A stretch of DNA of 47,162 bases from assembly GCA_004431415.1 (NCBI GenBank), contig QPMI01000317.1, positions 1 to 47,162 of the forward strand. Direction: 5' to 3'. The stretch comes from Cyanophora paradoxa CCMP329. Its lineage: Eukaryota; Plantae; Glaucophyta. Positions 22,437 through 34,620 of this stretch are shown here, one piece after another. Within the stretch, counting starts at the first letter, position 1. Every line of letters starts with the position of its first letter. The notes beneath the pieces are model-generated. The model was not told the origin of the DNA and made no database searches. It saw only the letters and a list, made by a program, of their open reading frames with translations. The position numbers and the translations under genes are program-made.

Positions 22437-25400
22437 TTGCTGGAAAAAGAGCCATATCTTTGCAGGTACTTCTCAGCTGGGGCTGCAGTTCAGCTCTTGC
22501 ATTCCCTGATTAGTCCTCATGATGAAGGTCAAGTTAGGATCCAGTGGCTCAGCGCTTCTGTCAGGCAGAATTCTTGACTCGGTGCATGAGTGACGTGGTG
22601 CCTTCAGTGTCACGTGAAGGAGCAAAACAAGGCCTGGTATCATATGTGTTCCCACATTTACGTCTTTGAAAAGTGCCTTGAGCTTGTGTGCATGTTCACT
22701 AAGCATGCAGCGGCACTGATTCCAGAAACGTTGCTGGAGGAGCTCCAGCAAGGCCACTTACCAGCTAACGCGATCACGCCAAAATCAGCCCTACAGCAGC
22801 TCAGGCCTGGCTCTCAAGACCGAAGGGGTCCTGTGTACCTAAGTAAGCTTTTTATATGCCCAGAATCATGACTGCAAAGCCCTAGGCAGAGAGCTAGGCA
22901 TTGTTTCCTTCTGTTCGCAGCCCAGCTTGCTGGAAAAATAGCCATATCTTTGCAGGTACTTCTCAGCTGGGGCTGCAGTTCAGCTCTTGCATTCCCTGAT
23001 TAGTCCTCATGATGAAGGGCAAGTTAGGATCCAGTGGCTCAGCGCTTCTGTCAGGCAGAATTCTTGACTCGGTGCATGAGTGACGTGGTGCCTTCAGTGT
23101 CACGTAAAGGAGCAAAACAAGGCCTGGTATCATATGTGTTCCCACATTTACGTCTTTGAAAAGTGCCTTGAGCTTGTGTGCATGTTCACTAAGCATGCAG
23201 CGGCACTGATTCCAGAAACGTTGCTGGAGGAGCTCCAGCAAGGCCACTTACCAGCTAACGCGATCACGCCAAAATCAGCCCTACAGCAGCTCAGGCCTGG
23301 CTCTCAAGACCGAAGGGGTCCTGTGTACCTAAGTAAGCTTTTTATATGCCCAGAATCATGACTGCAAAGCCCTAGGCAGAGAGCTAGGCATTGTTTCCTT
23401 CTGTTCGCAGCCCAGCTTGCTGGAAAAAGAGCCATATCTTTGCAGGTACTTCTCAGCTGGGGCTGCAGTTCAGCTCTTGCATTCCCTGATTAGTCCTCAT
23501 GATGAAGGTTAAGTTAGGATCCAGTGGCTCAGCGCTTCTGTCAGGCAGAACTCTTGACTCGGTGCATGAGTGACGTGGTGCCTTCAGTGTCACGTAAAGG
23601 AGCAAAACAAGGCCTGGTATCATATGTGTTCCCACATTTACGTCTTTGAAAAGTGCCTTGAGCTTGTGTGCATGTTCACTAAGCATGCAGCGGCACTGAT
23701 TCCAGAAACGTTGCTGGAGGAGCTCCAGCAAGGCCACTTACCAGCTAACGCGATCACGCCAAAATCAGCCCTACAGCAGCTCAGGCCTGGCTCTCAAGAC
23801 CGAAGGGGTCCTGTGTACCTAAGTAAGCTTTTCATATGCCCAGAATCATGACTGCAAAGCCCTAGGCAGAGAGCTAGGCATTGTTTCCTTCTGTTCGCAG
23901 CCCAGCTTGCTGGAAAAAGAGCCATATCTTTGCAGGTACTTCTCAGCTGGGGCTGCAGTTCAGCTCTTGCATTCCCTGATTAGTCCTCATGATGAAGGTC
24001 AAGTTAGGATCCAGTGGCTCAGCGCTTCTGTCAGGCAGAATTCTTGACTCGGTGCATGAGTGACGTGGTGCCTTCAGTGTCACGTGAAGGAGCAAAACAA
24101 GGCCTGGTATCATATGTGTTCCCACATTTACGTCTTTGAAAAGTGCCTTGAGCTTGTGTGCATGTTCACTAAGCATGCAGCGGCACTGATTCCAGAAACG
24201 TTGCTGGAGGAGCTCCAGCAAGGCCACTTACCAGCTAACGCGATCACGCCAAAATCAGCCCTACAGCAGCTCAGGCCTGGCTCTCAAGACCGAAGGGGTC
24301 CTGTGTACCTAAGTAAGCTTTTCATATGCCCAGAATCATGACTGCAAAGCCCTAGGCAGAGAGCTTGGCATTGTTTCCTTCGGTTCCCAGCCAAGCTTGC
24401 TGGAAAAAGAGCCATATCTTTGCAGGTACTTCTCAGCTGGGGCTGCAGTTCAGCTCTTGCATTCCCTGATTAGTCCTCATGATGAGGGTCAAGTTAGGAT
24501 CCAGTGGCTCAGCGCTTCTGTCAGGCAGAATTCTTGACTCGGTGCATGAGTGACGTGGTGCCTTCAGTGTCACGTAAAGGAGCAAAACAAGGCCTGGTAT
24601 CATATGTGTTCCCACATTTACGTCTTTGAAAAGTGCCTTGAGCTTGTGTGCATGTTCACTAAGCATGCAGCGGCACTGATTCCAGAAACGTTGCTGGAGG
24701 AGCTCCAGCAAGGCCACTTACCAGCTAACGCGATCACGCCAAAATCAGCCCTACAGCAGCTCAGGCCTGGCTCTCAAGACCGAAGGGGTCCTTTGTACCT
24801 AAGTAAGCTTTTTATATGCCCAGAATCATGACTGCAAAGCCCTAGGCAGAGAGCTTGGCATTGTTTCCTTCTGTTCGCAGCCCAGCTTGCTGGAAAAAGA
24901 GCCATATCTTTGCAGGTACTTCTCAGCTGGGGCTGCAGTTCAGCTCTTGCATTCCCTGATTAGTCCTCATGATGAGGGTCAAGTTAGGATCCAGTGGCTC
25001 AGCGCTTCTGTCAGGCAGAATTCTTGACTCGGTGCATGAGTGACGTGGTGCCTTCAGTGTCATGTAAAGGAGCAAAACAAGGCCTGGTATCATATGTGTT
25101 CCCACATTTACGTCTTTGAAAAGTGCCTTGAGCTTGTGTGCATGTTCACTAAGCATGCAGCGGCACTGATTCCAGAAACGTTGCTGGAGGAGCTCCAGCA
25201 AGGCCACTTACCAGCTAACGCGATCACGCCAAAATCAGCCCTACAGCAGCTCAGGCCTGGCTCTCAAGACCGAAGGGGTCCTGTGTACCTAAGTAAGCTT
25301 TTTATATGCCCAGAATCATGACTGCAAAGCCCTAGGCAGAGAGCTAGGCATTGTTTCCTTCTGTTCGCAGCCCAGCTTGCTGGAAAAAGAGCCATATCTT

Positions 25401-26840
25401 TGCAGGTACTTCTCAGCTGGGGCTGCAGTTCAGCTCTTGCATTCCCTGATTAGTCCTCATGATGAGGGTCAAGTTAGGATCCAGTGGCTCAGCGCTTCTG
25501 TCAGGCAGAATTCTTGACTCGGTGCATGAGTGACGTGGTGCCTTCAGTGTCACGTAAAGGAGCAAAACAAGGCCTGGTATCATATGTGTTCCCACATTTA
25601 CGTCTTTGAAAAGTGCCTTGAGCTTGTGTGCATGTTCACTAAGCATGCAGCGGCACTGATTCCAGAAACGTTGCTGGAGGAGCTCCAGCAAGGCCACTTA
25701 CCAGCTAACGCGATCACGCCAAAATCAGCCCTACAGCAGCTCAGGCCTGGCTCTCAAGACCGAAGGGGTCCTGTGTACCTAAGTAAGCTTTTTATATGCC
25801 CAGAATCATGACTGCAAAGCCCTAGGCAGAGAGCTAGGCATTGTTTCCTTCTGTTCGCAGCCCAGCTTGCTGGAAAAAGAGCCATATCTTTGCAGGTACT
25901 TCTCAGCTGGGGCTGCAGTTCAGCTCTTGCATTCCCTGATTAGTCCTCTTGATGAAGGTCAAGTTAGGATCCAGTGGCTCAGCGCTTCTGTCAGGCAGAA
26001 TTCTTGACTCGGTGCATGAGTGACGTGGTGCCTTCAGTGTCACGTAAAGGAGCAAAACAAGGCCTGGTATCATATGTGTTCCCACATTTACGTCTTTGAA
26101 AAGTGCCTTGAGCTTGTGTGCATGTTCACTAAGCATGCAGCGGCACTGATTCCAGAAACGTTGCTGGAGGAGCTCCAGCAAGGCCACTTACCAGCTAACG
26201 CGATCACGCCAAAATCAGCCCTACAGCAGCTCAGGCCTGGCTCTCAAGACCGAAGGGGTCCTGTGTACCTAAGTAAGCTTTTTATATGCCCAGAATCATG
26301 ACTGCAAAGCCCTAGGCAGAGAGCTAGGCATTGTTTCCTTCTGTTCGCAGCCCAGCTTGCTGGAAAAAGAGCCATATCTTTGCAGGTACTTCTCAGCTGG
26401 GGCTGCAGTTCAGCTCTTGCATTCCCTGATTAGTCCTCTTGATGAAGGTCAAGTTAGGATCCAGTGGCTCAGCGCTTCTGTCAGGCAGAATTCTTGACTC
26501 GGTGCATGAGTGACGTGGTGCCTTCAGTGTCACGTAAAGGAGCAAAACAAGGCCTGGTATCATATGTGTTCCCACATTTACGTCTTTGAAAAGTGCCTTG
26601 AGCTTGTGTGCATGTTCACTAAGCATGCAGCGGCACTGATTCCAGAAACGTTGCTGGAGGAGCTCCAGCAAGGCCACTTACCAGCTAACGCGATCACGCC
26701 AAAATCAGCCCTACAGCAGCTCAGGCCTGGCTCTCAAGACCGAAGGGGTCCTGTGTACCTAAGTAAGCTTTTTATATGCCCAGAATCATGACTGCAAAGC
26801 CCTAGGCAGAGAGCTAGGGATTGTTTCCTTCAGTTCCAGC
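22334..26840. repeat. 490-bp tandem array, about 9.2 near-identical units
   Basis: The same ORFs recur exactly every 490 bp (22473, 22963 ... 26393). Confidence 0.99.
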
Positions 26841-26848
26841 AAAGTCAT

Positions 26849-27732
26849 GCTTGGCTGGGAACCGAAGGAAACAATGCCTAGCTCTCTGCCTAGGGCTTTG
26901 CAGTCATGAATCTGGCCATATAGAAAGCTTACTTAGGCACACGGGACCCCTGCACACATGCAGCCTTAAGCTTGAGAGCCAGGCCTGAGCTACTGTACGT
27001 ATACGTGTATAGGGCAGATTTTGGTGCACGTGAGCAACCTTGGTATTCCCTTAGCATCCCTCTTGATGGCGGACAAGTAAGGTTCCACTGGCTCCGCGCT
27101 CTTGCAATTATAATTGTCAAACAGCTGCAGACTCGATCCTGTTTCCGCGCGCCGTTTCCGAGAGAGGGGGGTGTACTGGCTGGGGGTACAAGATATCCTG
27201 AACTTTAGGCCATCCTGCTTGCATCTGAGCACCGCTCCGACTGGCTCGAAGTGCGCAGCTATCGGTGAGAAGCGATCTGACCGCCGGAAGCGCCCAGGAG
27301 CGCCCTTTTTCGGGGCAGCACGCATCGACCGCAATTCTGCCATGGCGGAGCTGCTCCATCGCGATCTTAGTGCTTTAGGCGTGACGTAGCTAAGAAGGAG
27401 CGGGCCGCTCGGGGCTGTCTGTGGTCAGCTGGAAGGTACCGCCGCGCATTGCCTCTCCGCCGCGCCTCACGCCACCGTCTCACTGCCCTGCTGCGAAGGG
27501 GCTCACACAAGCATCAGGGCTGGTCGCGCGGTTGCGTGGCCGCGACGCCCTGGCCGCGTGTAGCAGGGCGGGCGCAGGTGCAGTCGGTCCTCAGCGGACT
27601 GTCTTGTGTGACCTAACGTGCTTCATACAGGATCGTAAGATGCTGGAAGGTCTCGTGGATGGTCGGCGTCCTCGCCTGCGCACGATGATGAGGTCCGTCC
27701 ACTGCACCCTCCCGCTCGGCAGCCAGCGACCA
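26849..27732 (-). repeat. Right arm of the ~880-bp inverted repeat
   Basis: Reverse complement of 21556-22436. Confidence 0.97.
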
Positions 27733-29598
27733 GCAGCCAGCGCTTAGCCAGTTGTGATGCGTGCCACTCGCAGGACACGATGCGCCGCTTCTCGGCCGTG
27801 CACTCTCGGTTGGAATCACAGCCCCTCAGGAGTCGCCGTGGTGCGGCCCGCGGGCGCGACCTTTTGCCTCCTTTCCTGAGCCCGGCTCTGATGCTATCTG
27901 CATGCAGACATTGCGTGTGCATTGTGTGGCGCTTCGGATCGCGCGTTTTTGACCGAGCACGCCACCGTACCGGGTCCCTTCTTCTGGGCCAGATGTTGCT
28001 CCTCTCCGTCGCTCTCCGCGTCTCCCTTGGATAGTGAGTCATCGAGATAGCCATGTGCAATCAATCCACGCGTTTTCCCGTTGCCCCCGTCTCAGTGGTA
28101 GGTGCCACTGCAGTACCACTCTCGCATAGGCGCCCTGCGCGCCCAGCACGCCCGCGGCACTGGAGATGAATAAAGCCGATGCGAATTACATCGAAGCACA
28201 TCAGAGCACAATCCAACGTGTCCACTGAGCGCGGGCAAAGGGTCCGAGCGTGATCCCAAGTCCTTGCCACCACCACCGTCAGCGACCGAACGCAGCAGGG
28301 CACCCTGCACAGCATGCAAGCGGTGCGCAACAGAGTTAGCCTTGCATAAGAGCGCAGCTGGCGCGGGGTTCAGCCAGGATGCGCACCGGGAGCGACCAGC
28401 ACCAGGGGCGCAGCGGCCACCAAGCCAGTCAACGCGGCGGAACCACCCAGTGCGCCCCGCGTAAGCTGTTGATATAGGCGATGCTGCGCGTGAGCTGCGA
28501 GCGTCGGACGAGGTCGCGGTTGGTCGCTGGCTGCCGAGCGGGCGGGTGCAGTGGACGGACCTCATCATCGTGCGCAGGCGAGGACGCCGACCATCCACGA
28601 GACCTTCCAGCGTCTTACGATCCTGTCTGAAGCACGTTAGGCCCGCGCAGCTAGAGCCCCGACGGCGCACCCGAGCCTTGGAGCGATGTCAGCTGTTGCG
28701 CCCACGCTGCGACGGTGGCCGCTGCGACGGTGGCCGCCGGGTGGCGGCCCCGGTGGCCGGGTGACCGCCCGGTGGCGGCGTGGCGGCGGTGGCGGCGTGG
28801 CGCGCCCGGGGGGGTACGGTACGACTTTCAAGGCGTCAGCGATCGGCCGGCCGGCGACCCCCAGCGCGTTTCCTGCACATCTACGTGCACCGCACAGCTA
28901 GATCGAAGCCTTCAACCGGCCCGGCGGCGTCGCCAGCGGCACTAGTTGCGGCTGCGCTCGTTGCAGCGACCGTCGCTAGCATATGTGCGCATGCTTTGTG
29001 TTGTAATGATCTACTGTGACGTTTGGGCGTGTCTGCGCAGCCCGCGCGCAGCCCGGGAGCCGCGCTCAGGGGCGCTCGAAGCACGCCACGGGATCTCGCC
29101 AGGGACGCAAGCAGGCCATCGGCTCGTAACGGATTCTATCTAGATATGCAAAACATAGCACATCTACGCGCTCTCAGCGCTCCACGGCGAGGTTTTCCTA
29201 GAGGGGGTAACAACAAGGGGGTAAAATCGGCCCAAAAGGTGTAAACTCGAAGTCGTTACCCCGGGGTAACAACACTTCGTGGCTACCAGTGCTCGCCGAG
29301 GCCCGAGAGTCGAGACTCGAGCCGAGAGAGTCGAGACTCGAGCCGAGAGAGTCGGAGAGACCCGACCGGTACCCGAGAGTCGGCGTCGACTCGCCGAGTC
29401 GAGTTCCCGGGCCGGCCCGGGAATTCCCGGAAAAGTGGACCCGGTCGCCCGACCGAATGGGACGTCGACTTTTCCGGCCCATTTGTTCGTTATCTCATTG
29501 GTCAGCCCGGGCCCCGGGGCCATTCCCAGCCCTGCGATATCGACCAATGGTCACACGGTCTCAGACCGTGCGCCACATCATATGCATGCCCACATGTA

Positions 29599-29761
29599 TC
29601 GTGTAACACTTAATTAATGCGCCAGAAATTAATGCGTTTTTGGACCCGGCCCCCTAGTATTGATAATAATGCGGCACCGAATTAATGCGTTTTGCCAGCC
29701 AAAAACGTATTAATTAGGGACCGCATTACTTAAGTGCGCGCATTACTTAAGTGTTACACGG
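29599..29761. mobile_element. CCGT-ended Tc1/mariner-type MITE, related to 6953-7210, TA TSD
   Basis: TA|tcgtgtaacacttaattaatgcgc ... gcgcattacttaagtgttacacgg|TA. Shares aatgcgtttttggacccgg with the 6953 element. Confidence 0.82.
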
Positions 29762-30411
29762 TACTGTGCCACGGTGATGTACATGTACCGTAGTACATGC
29801 CATGATGTACAAGCCTTTGAAGTACTTTGATCACTGTCATTCACTGATCACTGCGATGGATCACTGATATCGAATCATATTTAATTGACATATTATCGTG
29901 TCGAACCGAATTCGAAATTCGAATGTCCGACGGTCGACGTCGGAGCTTCGACATGTCGGCCCGACGGTACGGTAATTACACTGTGACAACCCTATACTAC
30001 GTAGTACGTACTAGACTACTACTAGTGCTCTCAGCCAGTCGACGTCACTGATTGACAGGCTGACAGCCAGTGACAGGCAGTGACAGGCACGTGCACTGAC
30101 AGCCACTGCTGCCGCATTAAAACTTTTGAAAATTGCTGCGTGACAGGCTGCAGCCTGCAGGCTGCAGCTGACAGCCTGACACTAGTACTGTACTAGGCCG
30201 CGGCCCGCCGGGCCGGCGGGCGGCGACTCCGGCGCTCCGCCGGCCGGGCGCCGGCGCCGGCGAGCCACCGAACTTTGAATTCCGTAAGTTCGGAACTCCG
30301 AGCTCGAGGCCGGCCGCCGAGGTACGCCTGAACTTACAGGTTTGCCAAGTTGCTTCCGAACTTTAAAGGCTTGGAAGTAGTACGAACTTACTACGAAGTA
30401 CCGTAGTACTA

Positions 30412-30985
30412 CTGTCAGACAGTGTCAGTTCATTATGTTAGACGTCGCCTTTGTTAGACGTTTGCAGCCCGCGCGCGATAGACGTGGTCAATGATAGACG
30501 AGCTTGGTACCGCTGCTATGAGGCATTACTATGGTAGCGCCCCGGCCCGTCTACGACGGTGACTGAGGCCGAAAACCGGATACGCTAGAGACGGTACTTT
30601 CTCAAGTCCCTCAATGCAAAAGAGCTGGTACTTTTTAACGACCGAAGGGGCCATGACATCATTTTTTTGGCACTTGGTCGCTTCGGTCGTTGGGCCCCTG
30701 ACGCGGTTGCCATAGTAACCGCGTCAAAATTTTGAGCTCATCGCCTTGGTGACTGTTCGTGGAATCGAGCTCGATTCCAAGTCTCCACATTCCATGCTAG
30801 GACCCGGCAAAGACCCGAACACTCAAGTCCCGAGTTCGGAAAGAGACTTGGATAACCACCGAATCGGCCGGTATCCGGTTTTCGGCCTGAGTCTACGACC
30901 TGTTATGATGGTTTTAGTTAGACGAATCAGCTCGCTCGTCTATACTCGTCTAACTAAGAATCCGTCTAACATAATGAACTGACAG
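30412..30985. mobile_element. ~575-bp MITE with TA flanks
   Basis: TIR tgtcagttcattatgttagacg (30423) / cgtctaacataatgaactgaca (30963-30984). Absent from paralogous copy 1 at about 12360. Confidence 0.8.
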
Positions 30986-31446
30986 TAGTTCGGATTCTTT
31001 TCACCTTCGGAAATTCATCGGAATTCAAAGCATTTCCGAATTCGGAAGTTAACGTTTTACCGGTACCGCGGACCCGCGCGCGCGCGCGCGCGCGGCGCCG
31101 TGCACGTGCTGGCAGCCTGGCACGGTGCGCATGCTGCTCGACGGTGCTCCTTGTATTATAAGTTGTATACCGTAGCACGCATACGTAGCCTCGAGCTCGT
31201 ACGCGTCGGGTTGGAGTCTTCGGCCTAGTATAGTTGAAACGTTCGCTGTAGCGCTAGCCTGTAGGCCTGAGCTCGAGGACCAGCGCGCGCTAGCGGAAGG
31301 TCCTACGGACTCCTACCTTTGACCCCTAATTATAAGGCCGCCAGTTGCAGCCTTGCAGGCTAGTGCTTTCCCCGACCCGGAGACCGGCGCTGCAGCGGCG
31401 TATACGTACGCGCGCGTACACGCACGCTTACGCGCGGGAGTTGTGC

Positions 31447-33138
31447 ATGCCGTCGGTGTCGACGTCTGCAGAAATGTGCAGGGAAAACTACTCCAGCGCC
31501 GCCGGCGCCGCCGGCGGCCTCAGCGGCCTCGTGGGGCTTCTGCTCAGCGAGCGCGGCCCCACCAAAGTCGAGTCGGAGAACGATTGCGTCTCCCGCCTCG
31601 GCTCTGCCGCTGGTGCGAGGCTCGCGCGGCTCTCGAAAGCACTCGCCGCGCCGGCGGATGCCCCGACTTTGATTTGTCTGACCGTCGGACGCTGCGCGCA
31701 GGCGGGAAGGACGGCGCGGCGGGCCACCTTCCGGCTCTGCCGAAGACGGCCATCGTGTGCCGGCCGGACGACGAGCACGCGATCGCGCGCCTCCGGGTCG
31801 ACCTGCGGGAGGCGCTCGCGACAGTGATCAGCCTCGACGACGACTGCGACAGCGACTGGAGCTCCCCGCGCACCTCCGCCGCCGTCTCTCCGACGGCCAC
31901 TCCGCTGCCCGGCTTGAAAGTCAACGTCAACGCCAACTCCGGATCGATATCCCCACGCGACTCCGCCGCCCTGCCGCCCCTTCGAAAGCCCGCGCGCCAC
32001 GGCTCCCTCCCCGGGCTCTCCCGGGTGCCCCTCCTGGTGCCCGTCAGCGGCTCGCGCCCCGCCTCCCCTGTCCGATTCGTCGCCCACCGCGGCCCCGCCC
32101 GTCCAAACACGCGTGCGCCCTGGCCCCCCCCCCCCCCCCCCTCCTCCATGCGCACTTAAACTTGCACCGGCCTCTGATCCGTCCCGGCCTCCGGATCCCG
32201 CAGCCGTGCATGCCCGCCTCTGCGCGCTCCCTTCCAAATCAGCATCCGCGCCGGCCAGCGCTTCGCACCTCGGATGCGCCTGCCACATGAACGTCCTCCT
32301 CGCCGGTCAGCCTTCCGAATTTTTCGAATTTCCCCCCATTAAACTTTGAAAATTCAAAATCCTTTAATTTTGCGGACGGCCTCTGATCATCGGATATATA
32401 TATATTTGAATTCCGCTTGACGCAGATGACTGCCCCCTGAACCGTATGCTCGGGGCTCGCGTCTTCACCTCCTATTGCCCGCACGCCCGCGTGGACGTCG
32501 TCAGCGACGGACAGGTGCCGAACGGCCCCTCTCCGCGCGCCTTGGAGCGAGAGCGACTGACCGTCGGACCGCCGCCGGCGCCGCGCGCAGGCGGCCGTCA
32601 CTGCTTTTGAGGAGGCGGCGGAGCGCGGGCAGCCGTACGACGCGTGCATACTCGACATCGAGGCGAGCGCGGCCCGATCGCGATTAATATTCGAAGAATC
32701 TCTTTGCTTTTCCGCCCCGCTGACGCTGCGCCGCATTGCCGCCCGCAGATGCCGCACAAGAACGGGCTCGAGGCGGCTCGGGAGATCCGGAGGCTGGAGC
32801 GGGCCCAGAGGCGGGCGCGCCCTGCCCGCCTCCTCGCGTGGTCGACATCCACGCGGCTGTGCGGAGAGACGGGGACCGCAGTCGATCGCGAGCCCGACTG
32901 CCACGACGCCGGCTTCTCTTCGACGTGCCCCAAGCCGGTGCAGCCGGTGGTGCTCCTGCGCGCGGCACTCGCGGGGCTCCAGCACGACCCGGCGTGCCCG
33001 CTCGCCCCGGCGACGTCGACCCCCAATTGCAAGCCCCGCAGCGGGCCCCTCGCCCCGCTAGCGCTCCGCCCCCACGGGCTCGCCCCTTTAAATTTGCCTG
33101 CGACTTCGTCGTCGCTGTCCGCCCAGCTTCGGATGTGA
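31447..33138 (+). CDS. Response regulator, copy B; REC exons intact, but exon 1 is frame-shifted relative to copy A (possible pseudogene or different start)
   Basis: Same exon structure and REC residues as copy A. It is 10 nt shorter than A around 31645-31665. Confidence 0.75.
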
Positions 33139-34430
33139 GCGGGTGCCTTGCGATCGGCGCACCCACTGGGCCAGCGCCGTGAGGGGTTCTGATACTCTGA
33201 GCCTCGGAGCTTTTTCGCTGCTGCATAATCTTGCGATCGCGAGTCCTTTGAAGCTTTTTCCACCACCTCTAAAGAAATTAAATCGGCACAGATCGGCATC
33301 GTCGTAGCTGCATAAATCAAATCGGCACAGATCGACATCTTCGTAGCTGCATAAATTAAACACTCTTTATCTAATAGATAGATTTGAGTTTTCACCGAGT
33401 TTCGAGCCTGCCAGGCCCTGAGGATGAGTTTCGTTGCGAGAATGAGCTTGAAAATTCAATCGGCTTTTCGGGCCTCTCTGGGCCCTTTCCCAGGCGTTGG
33501 CGCCTGTTTCGGTGTCAGCCTTAGAAAATAATCAAGTAATCTTTCGTACATAATCTTTCACATGTAAGTTTACTTCACGTACTTTACGCAGTACCCTGAT
33601 AAAGACAGTGACAGTACATTTCATAGCACGTAGAACTGCAGTAGATAATTATATAACGTCGAACTCATGATTATATATAATACTGGCCTACGTTTTGCCC
33701 CTCCTCTTTTACTACCGCTTCCGAATCCGATTTTGAATCCCTCACCTCTGCTTTTAGCATCTGCGGTACCGCAAGTTAGTCTTCAGCCGTCGCTTGTTTT
33801 GCCTCTAGATCTTCCACATGTATCGCCGGCGCCTCGATCTAGTTCACGTGCCCAGTCGACGTCATCCGCTTCCTCTCCTTCGTCCGTTACTGTTGCTACT
33901 TCGTCTTTTGTCTCTGGCTGTACGGTTGCTAGTTCTAGTGCACCTGCTGTGTCCTTTAGCTCTAGTGCTACTTCTTCTCGTGCTCGTTCTCCTTATCTCT
34001 TGCGTTCTCGCGATCGTGTCCCTCGTCGTGATCCCTAGTTCTTATGCATATGTCTTGCGATCTCGATTGCCTACGACTATCTTTGATTTGTGATTGCTTT
34101 GTCGATTTTTAATTTTACTTTCTGCGGGGGGTTCGCCCTTCCGTAGTCTCTCAAAAAAATGATTATTGCAAGGGGGGAAAGAAGACCGCAGGTCTTCCCC
34201 CCTTGCTTCCCGTTCCCTCGCTTCAGCCAAAATTTCTTCTATGAGGCCGTTTTCGAGGTCCAGTTTGCAACGCGGGAAAAAAATGAGCCGAAATTCGGTT
34301 GCAGCGACACGTGTTTGTCGCTGCGGCCGTCCATGCAAAAAAAGGTTTTCGAGGCCGGGCGAAGACCAGTTTTCCTTGACTTGAAGCCTGGAAACCAACT
34401 TGTCTCTCATTCCGGTCTTCGAATTCCTTC

Positions 34431-34620
34431 CGCGGTTCTGCATGGAACCAGTTCTCCCTATAGCTAGCTGTCTCCTGTAAAATTTGGCTTCCTCGCAGTG
34501 CGTCGCGTACGCCTTGCTCTTCGTTGCGCGGTTCTGCATGGAACCACTTCTCCCTAGCTGTCTTGCTCGATGTCCTCTAGATTTCAAGTTTCCACTTCCT
34601 CGCACTGCGCCGCGTACGCC
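34431..34620. repeat. Imperfect ~97-bp tandem duplication
   Basis: gcggttctgcatggaacca.ttctcccta...cttcctcgca.tgcg.cgcgtacgcc occurs twice. Confidence 0.8.

Larger units (their letters stand above)
16825..29291. mobile_element. 12.5-kb CACTA/EnSpm-type element (CACTG termini), 3-bp TSD CTC, apparently non-autonomous
   Basis: Left end CTC|cactgggagacaccggtggttgttaccccggggtaa; right end ttaccccggggtaacaacacttcgtggctaccagtg|CTC. The palindromic subterminal motif TTACCCCGGGGTAA is repeated. The empty site ggcgtcgactcgccgag is preserved in the paralog at 11490-11506. No transposase was recognised. Confidence 0.92.
15960..33673 (+). repeat. Segmental duplication, copy 2, expanded by the CACTA element and two MITEs
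   Basis: Collinear with 10995-15150 once 16825-29291, 29599-29761 and 30412-30985 are removed. Confidence 0.8.

Noticed and set aside
22334-26840. 490-bp array as a CRISPR array, a tandem protein-gene family or a ribozyme/snoRNA array
   Set aside because: There are no unique spacers. The 93/94-aa ORFs begin at GTG with no recognisable domain. The ctgattag/atgatga segment lacks a hammerhead core, and ATGATGA is mutated in units 8-9.
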